Source of the DNA: a bacterium
GTDB taxonomy: Bacteria > CALINM01
Length of the DNA stretch: 25,473 bases
Direction: 5' to 3'
NCBI GenBank assembly: GCA_041640455.1
Contig: JBEQAF010000011.1
Location: forward strand, 1-25,473
The translations under genes were made by a program, and so were the position numbers. This document shows positions 19,799-25,473 of the stretch, piece by piece. Under the pieces are notes generated by a model that had not been told where the DNA came from, made no database searches, and saw only the letters and a list, made by a program, of their open reading frames with translations. Each line of letters begins with the position of its first letter. Position 1 is the first letter of the stretch.

Positions 19799-20854
19799 AT
19801 GAAAATGTTATGGTTCCTATTAACTTTAGTATTTCTATGTGGCTGTTCTTTTAGTACTGTTAAAACCAATCCTGAAGCATTTTATAAAAGCGAGGTCGGG
19901 CTTAAATGGCCTGCTCCACCTTCAAAGCCCAGATATGAGCTCATTAAAATAATAAACTCAGTTGAGGATTTTAAAAAAAATATAAAGGTTGAAACCAGGA
20001 CAGAGAAGTTTATCAAATGGCTTATAGGAGAAGAAAGTGAGAACTTTTTAAACTTTGGGAAGCCCTTTGCCATCTTTGTAAAGGATGATGTGATATACAT
20101 TGTAGATCAGGGGATTCTTGGAGTTATAACCTTTGATCTTAAAACAGCCAGAGTGGGGGTTCTCAAGGACACTAAGGAAGGTGATATGCTTTTCTATCCG
20201 ACATCAGTCTGTGTGGATGATGACAATAATGTCTACGTGACAGATCCTGAGAAAAAGAGGATTGTAATTTATGATAAAAATGGATATCCTGTATCAACCA
20301 AAACATTAGATAATATTAATTGGAGACCGAGCGGTATAGCCTTCTCTGAAAGGAAAAGAAATTTTTATGTGGCAGATTCGCTAAACCATGATGTTAAAGT
20401 TTTTGATAGAGATTTTAAACTTATTAAAACAATAGGTAGAAGAGGCGAAGCGGATGGGGAGTTTAACTTCCCCACGCATCTTTTTGTGGATGATGAAAAG
20501 AGTTTATTGTTTGTTACAGATACTATGAACTTTAGAGTGCAGGTCCTTGATCTTGAAGGAAGATATATAAGCAAAATAGGCAGGATGGGGATAGGCGATG
20601 GTAATTTTGCAAGACCGAAGGGAGTTTGTACTGATAAAGACGGGAATATCTATGTTATTGACAGCTTGCAAGATTCTATTCAGGTTTTTAACAAAGATGA
20701 CCGACTTCTGGCAGTTCTGGGAGAAGAGGGAGTCATGCCAGGACAGTTTAATCTTCCGACCGGTATATTTATTGATAAGAAAAATTATATCTACATAGCC
20801 GATAGTCTAAACAGAAGGATACAGATAATTAAATATCTTGGAGAAGGAAGTTGA
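19799..20854 (+). CDS. NHL-repeat six-bladed beta-propeller lipoprotein
   Basis: Lipobox FLCGC, then WPAPP..PRY and repeats such as GEFNFPTHL, GNFARPKGV..DKDGNIYVID and GQFNLPTGI. Confidence 0.9.
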   Translation: MKMLWFLLTLVFLCGCSFSTVKTNPEAFYKSEVGLKWPAPPSKPRYELIKIINSVEDFKKNIKVETRTEKFIKWLIGEESENFLNFGKPFAIFVKDDVIYIVDQGILGVITFDLKTARVGVLKDTKEGDMLFYPTSVCVDDDNNVYVTDPEKKRIVIYDKNGYPVSTKTLDNINWRPSGIAFSERKRNFYVADSLNHDVKVFDRDFKLIKTIGRRGEADGEFNFPTHLFVDDEKSLLFVTDTMNFRVQVLDLEGRYISKIGRMGIGDGNFARPKGVCTDKDGNIYVIDSLQDSIQVFNKDDRLLAVLGEEGVMPGQFNLPTGIFIDKKNYIYIADSLNRRIQIIKYLGEGS

Positions 20855-21705
20855 GGGATTTTTTTAAATATCTGATATTTTTTCTTCTCTTTGCTATACC
20901 AACTGTCATTAGAGCCGTTGATATAGCAAACTCTCCTATTGCTAAAAGTCCTCATAATCTGTCAAGCTGGGCTACAACTTCTGATGACAGGGCAACTGTA
21001 AAAATCAAAGCCGTTTCAGAGACCCAGATATGTAAGTTCTGTCATGTGCCTCACGCTGCTATCTCAAACCCCCTCTGGGGACATAAACTCTCAACAGCTA
21101 CATATAGAGCTTTCAGCTCAGCCACCCTTCTTAGTCCCCGCACACAGCCTGATGGAGGCTCAAAGCAATGTCTTTCCTGTCATGATGGTACTGTGGCTAT
21201 AGGAGAAACGGTTAGAGGGAATATATTAGTCACAGCCATAGGTGGAAACTATCTGACTGAGGAAGGAAAGCTTACCAGCAGTTCGGGAGTTCTTTTCGGC
21301 ACCGATATTGGTAATCCAGTTAATCCCAATCACCCCAAGCATCCTATTTCTATAGCAGTTACAAATAGTCTTATTTCAGCAAAAGATGCCCAGGGGGTAT
21401 GGAGGTTAAGAAGTCTGGAGTCAAATGCCTGTGGTTCTGGAAAAACAGGATTTATTGGAAGCATTAACGGAAGTCCAGTTAACTGTGACGGTTCGGAGCA
21501 GTTATATCCCTTAAGACCAACCATATATTCATATAACGGTACGAGAAATCCTGACGGTACAGGTATGCAGTGTACCACATGTCATGAGCCCCATAATAAC
21601 CAATATGGAAAATTTATGAGAGAGCAGATATCTTTTTCTAACTGGTCATGCGGACATTCATCCACTATAGGCGGTGATTTCTGTTATCACTGCCATGTTC
21701 AGTAG
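20851..21705 (+). CDS. Secreted tetraheme c-type cytochrome, OmcE-like
   Basis: Sec signal peptide and four CxxCH motifs (21031, 21169, 21571, 21682). Candidate distal His in SPHNLS, CHVPH, KHPISI and CHEPH. TTG start overlaps the NHL stop. Confidence 0.85.
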   Translation: MRDFFKYLIFFLLFAIPTVIRAVDIANSPIAKSPHNLSSWATTSDDRATVKIKAVSETQICKFCHVPHAAISNPLWGHKLSTATYRAFSSATLLSPRTQPDGGSKQCLSCHDGTVAIGETVRGNILVTAIGGNYLTEEGKLTSSSGVLFGTDIGNPVNPNHPKHPISIAVTNSLISAKDAQGVWRLRSLESNACGSGKTGFIGSINGSPVNCDGSEQLYPLRPTIYSYNGTRNPDGTGMQCTTCHEPHNNQYGKFMREQISFSNWSCGHSSTIGGDFCYHCHVQ

Positions 21706-21711
21706 GTGTTT

Positions 21712-22800
21712 ATGAAAGTAAAAGCACTTATAATAATATTTGTTTCTATCATGGTAGCTAATGTATATGCAACATTAACTAAGGAGGAGGTTGAGTTTAT
21801 AGTTCAGACCAGAAAGCCCACTCATCTATTGAGGCAGTATAACCCTGGCGGATGCAAAACCTGTCATGCCGGTATTACCTATATTGGCAATGAAGAAGAA
21901 GCCCAATGCTACGTTTGTCATGGAACAAAGGATAAAGCTTCTAAAAAGCTGGAAAAGATGCGACTAAAGATTAAAGAAGAAAAAATAGTTTCTCTGGATT
22001 TTAATAAACCTTTCAGACATCCGGTGGAAAGAAGAGGACTTCATAAATATGTAGAAATTTATCCTGTTACCAATGCATCAGAACCACGTCATGCCGAATG
22101 CCTTGACTGTCACGAGCCTCATAAATCAATTCCAGAAGTCCCCCACTGGGGAGTTTCAGGAGTTGGTATTGATGGAAAATTTGTTAAAAAGGCTTATTTT
22201 GAATATGAGGTATGTTTCAAATGTCACGGAGCTGATGCCAATAAGCCTGTTTATCAAAAAAATAAGGTTAAAGAGTTTAACCCTGCCAATCCATCCTATC
22301 ATCCCGTTGTTACCACAGGCAAAAACAATTATCTTCCAAGCCTGAAACAAGGGCTTACCTATGAGAGCCTGATAAAATGTTCCAGCTGTCATGGGAGTGA
22401 CGCTAAGGGAAAAAATAGGGTGGCTGGTGTACACGGCTCAAATAATGAATATATACTTATAGCTCCATACACAAAAACAGAAGATACGCTTAAGCCTCAG
22501 TATGATCTTTGTTATGAATGTCACAGGATTGAAAGCATACTTGGCAATGAGAGCTTCCCCTACCACAGGGAACATATAGAGGGCGTCAAATCAAGAAACT
22601 GGAAGGGTACATCTTGCAGTACCTGCCATAGTCCTCACGGTTCGGAAAAAAACAGATTTCTAATTGAGTTTAATCCCGATTATGTTTCAAGAGAGAATAG
22701 TAAAAATAAGATTGAGTTTAGCTCTGAGGGGATTTTTAAGGGAAGCTGTTATTTAAAGTGTCATAATGTTGAGCATAGTCCCAAAAGTTATTCTAAGTAA
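21712..22800 (+). CDS. Multiheme c-type cytochrome (7 CxxCH + 1 CxxxCH)
   Basis: Signal peptide, motifs CKTCH, CYVCH, CLDCH, CFKCH, CSSCH, CYECH, CSTCH and terminal CYLKCH. ATG at 21712 has SD AGGTG. Confidence 0.9.
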   Translation: MKVKALIIIFVSIMVANVYATLTKEEVEFIVQTRKPTHLLRQYNPGGCKTCHAGITYIGNEEEAQCYVCHGTKDKASKKLEKMRLKIKEEKIVSLDFNKPFRHPVERRGLHKYVEIYPVTNASEPRHAECLDCHEPHKSIPEVPHWGVSGVGIDGKFVKKAYFEYEVCFKCHGADANKPVYQKNKVKEFNPANPSYHPVVTTGKNNYLPSLKQGLTYESLIKCSSCHGSDAKGKNRVAGVHGSNNEYILIAPYTKTEDTLKPQYDLCYECHRIESILGNESFPYHREHIEGVKSRNWKGTSCSTCHSPHGSEKNRFLIEFNPDYVSRENSKNKIEFSSEGIFKGSCYLKCHNVEHSPKSYSK

Positions 22801-22832
22801 AAAATTTGATCATTACCTATTAGGTCAAAAAA

Positions 22833-24035
22833 ATGCCCTATTATAACTGCAAGGTTGCCGAGGAGTCTGGCAAGGTTATTTATGTGAAATATTTTGCCGA
22901 TTCGGTTGATGAATTAAAACTTCTCATTTCAAAAGATGGATATCTGCTTCTTGATGTAATGGAGGTCTACTCGGTATCCTCCATCTCAAGAAGAAAGCTT
23001 AATATTAGAGACTTTCTAACCTTCAATCAGGAGCTTTATATTCTTATCAAATCGGGTCAGCCACTGGTAAAGGCGCTTGAGATTATTTTAGAAAAGATAC
23101 CTCCTCAGAAGGGGATCTACCGGGTAATTGAAAGTATCATTAAAGATATTGAGCAGGGGTATGCCCTTTCAGAGGCAATGGAAAAGTTTCCTGAATATTT
23201 TCCACTTCTTTACATATCAAATGTAAAAGCTGGCGAAAAGGGCGGCAATCTGGTAGACAGACTTAAAGAATATCAGATATTTATGAAAAAAAGCGAAGAG
23301 CTTAAAAGAAAGGTTGTGTCTGCCTCTGTATATCCTGTTATGGTACTTTCCATAATTTTTCTGGCAGTTATTTTTCTTTTTACCTATGTGATCCCGAACT
23401 TTAGCAAAATTTATCTGGAGTCAAATGTGGAGCTTCCCATGGCAACTGTGATAATGCTAAAACTGACTGATATGTTTAAGATTGCTCTGCCTTTTCTTGT
23501 GGTACTGCTCATTGTTTTGATAATAATTTTTGTAAATATGAGAAAGACCTTTAGAGGAAAGCTTTTGATTGATGACTTAAAATTAAAAATCCCCTTTATT
23601 TCAAATATTTATAAAAATTATCTGGTTTCAAACTTTGCAAGAACCCTCTCTGCGATTGTAAAAGGGGGGATACCTCTGGTAACTGCCCTTAAGATTACTG
23701 CCAATGTTACAACCAATTCAAGCTTTGCGGAAAGATTGAAAAAAGCTACCCGTTATGTGGAAGAGGGGAACCCGCTTTCTTTAGCCATTGAGCAGACAGA
23801 AATATTTCCTCCCATAGCGCTAAGACTTATAAGGTCTGGTGAAGGTACTGGCTCTTTGTCAGAAATGCTTGACGAAGTAGCGGAATATTATGATAATCTT
23901 GTAATTGATGCATTAACAGTAATTACCACAATGGTGGAGCCGGCTTTAATGATTGTTATGGGTTTTATTGTGGGAATTGTTGTGATAGCCATGTATCTGC
24001 CCATATTCAGTCTTGCAGGTGCTGTAGGAGGATAG
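22833..24035 (+). CDS. Type II secretion / type IV pilus inner-membrane platform protein (GspF/PilC family)
   Basis: Two T2SSF domains: LIKSGQPLVKAL...AGEKGGNL...YP and GGIPLVTAL...SGEGTGSL...VEPALM...AMYLPIF. Confidence 0.93.
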   Translation: MPYYNCKVAEESGKVIYVKYFADSVDELKLLISKDGYLLLDVMEVYSVSSISRRKLNIRDFLTFNQELYILIKSGQPLVKALEIILEKIPPQKGIYRVIESIIKDIEQGYALSEAMEKFPEYFPLLYISNVKAGEKGGNLVDRLKEYQIFMKKSEELKRKVVSASVYPVMVLSIIFLAVIFLFTYVIPNFSKIYLESNVELPMATVIMLKLTDMFKIALPFLVVLLIVLIIIFVNMRKTFRGKLLIDDLKLKIPFISNIYKNYLVSNFARTLSAIVKGGIPLVTALKITANVTTNSSFAERLKKATRYVEEGNPLSLAIEQTEIFPPIALRLIRSGEGTGSLSEMLDEVAEYYDNLVIDALTVITTMVEPALMIVMGFIVGIVVIAMYLPIFSLAGAVGG

Positions 24036-24038
24036 TAA

Positions 24039-25473
24039 TTGAGGAAAAGGATTGGCGAGATATTATTGGAAAAAGGTCTGCTGAATAATGAACAGTTGCA
24101 GAAAGCCCTTGAAGAGGCAAAAAAAACCAGAGAAAGAATCGGCGCCACATTAATAAATCTTGGTTATATCTCGGAAGAGGATTTTTACCGAGCACTTGCT
24201 GAACAGCTGAGACTCCCTTTTACTGACCTTTCCCAGTATACACCTCCTGAAAAACTACCAGCTGGTGTCAGTCTTGACATGATGAGGAGACATCAGATAG
24301 TTTTCCTTAAGGAGGAGGCAGATAGGTATTATTTTGCCTTTTCAGATCCAATAAAGGTGCTGGTAATAGATGAGCTTTACCTTATACTCGGTAAACCCAT
24401 AGAGATAGTGGTGGCTCCAAAAAATAAGATCGAAAAGGCTCTTACAAAACTGGAGAGTGTTACTAAGATTCTGGAAGAGGTTACAGAAGATTTCAGAGTT
24501 CTTCTTGTTAAGGAAACTGAAAAGGGAGAAGAGGTGCTCTCTCTTGAAAAGCTAACGGAAGATGCGAGCCCCATAGTTAAGCTAATAGATACCTCAATTT
24601 ATGACGCCCTTCAGAAAAGGGCAAGTGATATCCATATAGAGTCTTCTGCCGATGGTGTATATGTTAGATTCAGAATTGATGGTATCTTACAAAAGGTACT
24701 CGGTCCGATTGACCTGAAATATCAGAGCCATATTATATCAAGAATAAAAGTTATGTCAGACCTTGACATTGCTGAACAGAGGATTCCACAGGATGGTAGA
24801 TTTAAGTTAAAAATCAGAAATAAATATGTGGATTTCAGGGTATCAATTCTCCCTACCATTTTTGGAGAGGATGCGGTAATAAGGGTGTTAGATAAAGAAA
24901 GCATCATGCTGGATCTAAAAAACTTAAGACTTGATTACCTTGGCTTTGATGAAAATCTTATTGAGGCATTCAGGAAGAAAATCAGGGAGCCCTATGGGAT
25001 GATTCTTGTTACAGGTCCCACAGGTTCTGGAAAAACTACCACCCTTTACGCAGCAATAAGTGAGATAAATACAGGTGAGGACAAGATTGTTACCATTGAG
25101 GATCCGGTAGAGTATCAGCTTAAAGGGGTGGTTCAGATACCTGTAAATGAGAAAAAGGGTCTCACCTTTGCGAGAGGTTTAAGATCTATTTTGAGACACG
25201 ACCCTGATAAAATAATGGTAGGAGAGATAAGAGACCCTGAAACTGCTCAGATAGCCATTCAGTCAGCCCTGACTGGGCATCTTGTTTTTACTACAGTCCA
25301 TGCAAACAACATATTTGACGTAATTGCAAGGTTCCTGAATATGGGAATCTCGGAATATAACTTTGTAACATCCCTTAACTGTGTGCTTGCTCAGCGACTT
25401 ATCAGGTCTCTCTGCCAGAACTGTAAATGTCCTATAAACTATATGCCCGATTTTCTCAAGGCATCAGGACTTG
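24039..25473 (+). CDS. GspE/PulE/PilB family secretion ATPase with N-terminal MshEN-like domain (runs off the right edge; not in ORF track)
   Basis: TTG at 24039 with SD AGGAGG (24026-24031). Translates as MRKRIGEILLEKGLL..., with RASDIHIE, IAEQRIPQDGRF, Walker A GPTGSGKTTT, TIEDPVE, LRHDPDKIMVGEIRD, TGHLVFTTVHAN and CQNC. Confidence 0.95.
   Translation, partial: MRKRIGEILLEKGLLNNEQLQKALEEAKKTRERIGATLINLGYISEEDFYRALAEQLRLPFTDLSQYTPPEKLPAGVSLDMMRRHQIVFLKEEADRYYFAFSDPIKVLVIDELYLILGKPIEIVVAPKNKIEKALTKLESVTKILEEVTEDFRVLLVKETEKGEEVLSLEKLTEDASPIVKLIDTSIYDALQKRASDIHIESSADGVYVRFRIDGILQKVLGPIDLKYQSHIISRIKVMSDLDIAEQRIPQDGRFKLKIRNKYVDFRVSILPTIFGEDAVIRVLDKESIMLDLKNLRLDYLGFDENLIEAFRKKIREPYGMILVTGPTGSGKTTTLYAAISEINTGEDKIVTIEDPVEYQLKGVVQIPVNEKKGLTFARGLRSILRHDPDKIMVGEIRDPETAQIAIQSALTGHLVFTTVHANNIFDVIARFLNMGISEYNFVTSLNCVLAQRLIRSLCQNCKCPINYMPDFLKASGL

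Noticed and set aside
21703..21714. TAG stop of the tetraheme gene is in frame with the octaheme gene (possible amber readthrough fusion); same pattern at 10260-10265
   Set aside because: The downstream cytochrome has its own SD and signal peptide, in-frame adjacency is expected by chance about one time in three, and no recoding signal is evident.
22805..22830. TTGATC...GGTCAA imperfect palindrome before gspF as an FNR/Dnr box or terminator
   Set aside because: Spacing does not fit TTGAT-N4-ATCAA, and the stem is weak with no U-tract.
603..24907. About 25 short ORFs (60-137 aa) in the track that overlap longer genes, e.g. 833..1030, 3798..4211, 7882..8202, 14347..14703, 22073..22345
   Set aside because: They are antisense or out-of-frame shadows of well-supported genes and have no recognisable motifs.
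1..25473. CRISPR arrays, tRNA/rRNA genes, IS elements, prophage or defence genes
   Set aside because: No regularly spaced repeats, cloverleaf structures, or transposase or integrase motifs were seen, and the window is almost fully occupied by assigned CDSs.

Overview
AT-rich bacterial chromosomal window of mostly housekeeping genes. It has Lys/Glu/Ile-rich proteins and a Desulfobacterota/Geobacter-like gene repertoire, so the host may be an anaerobic thermophile (inference). Left to right: a truncated TIGR03960-like radical SAM gene, a TIM-barrel metalloenzyme, an RCK-gated K+ channel, rsmD-hypothetical-coaD-aminotransferase-DD-carboxypeptidase, Nudix, tandem USP, ktrAB, an ABC-2 exporter with a Crp/Fnr regulator, an orphan PstS-like binding protein, cimA and lysC (with an internal beta-subunit start), glnE and an ArsB/NhaD-type transporter. 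The standout is the right-hand operon (19799 to the window end). It encodes an NHL beta-propeller lipoprotein, a secreted tetraheme cytochrome with the motif layout of the Geobacter nanowire cytochrome OmcE, an octaheme cytochrome, a GspF/PilC platform protein and a GspE/PilB ATPase with an MshEN-like c-di-GMP domain (missing from the ORF track). This is a candidate cytochrome-nanowire locus linked to its own type II/type IV secretion machine. No rRNA, tRNA, CRISPR or mobile element was seen.
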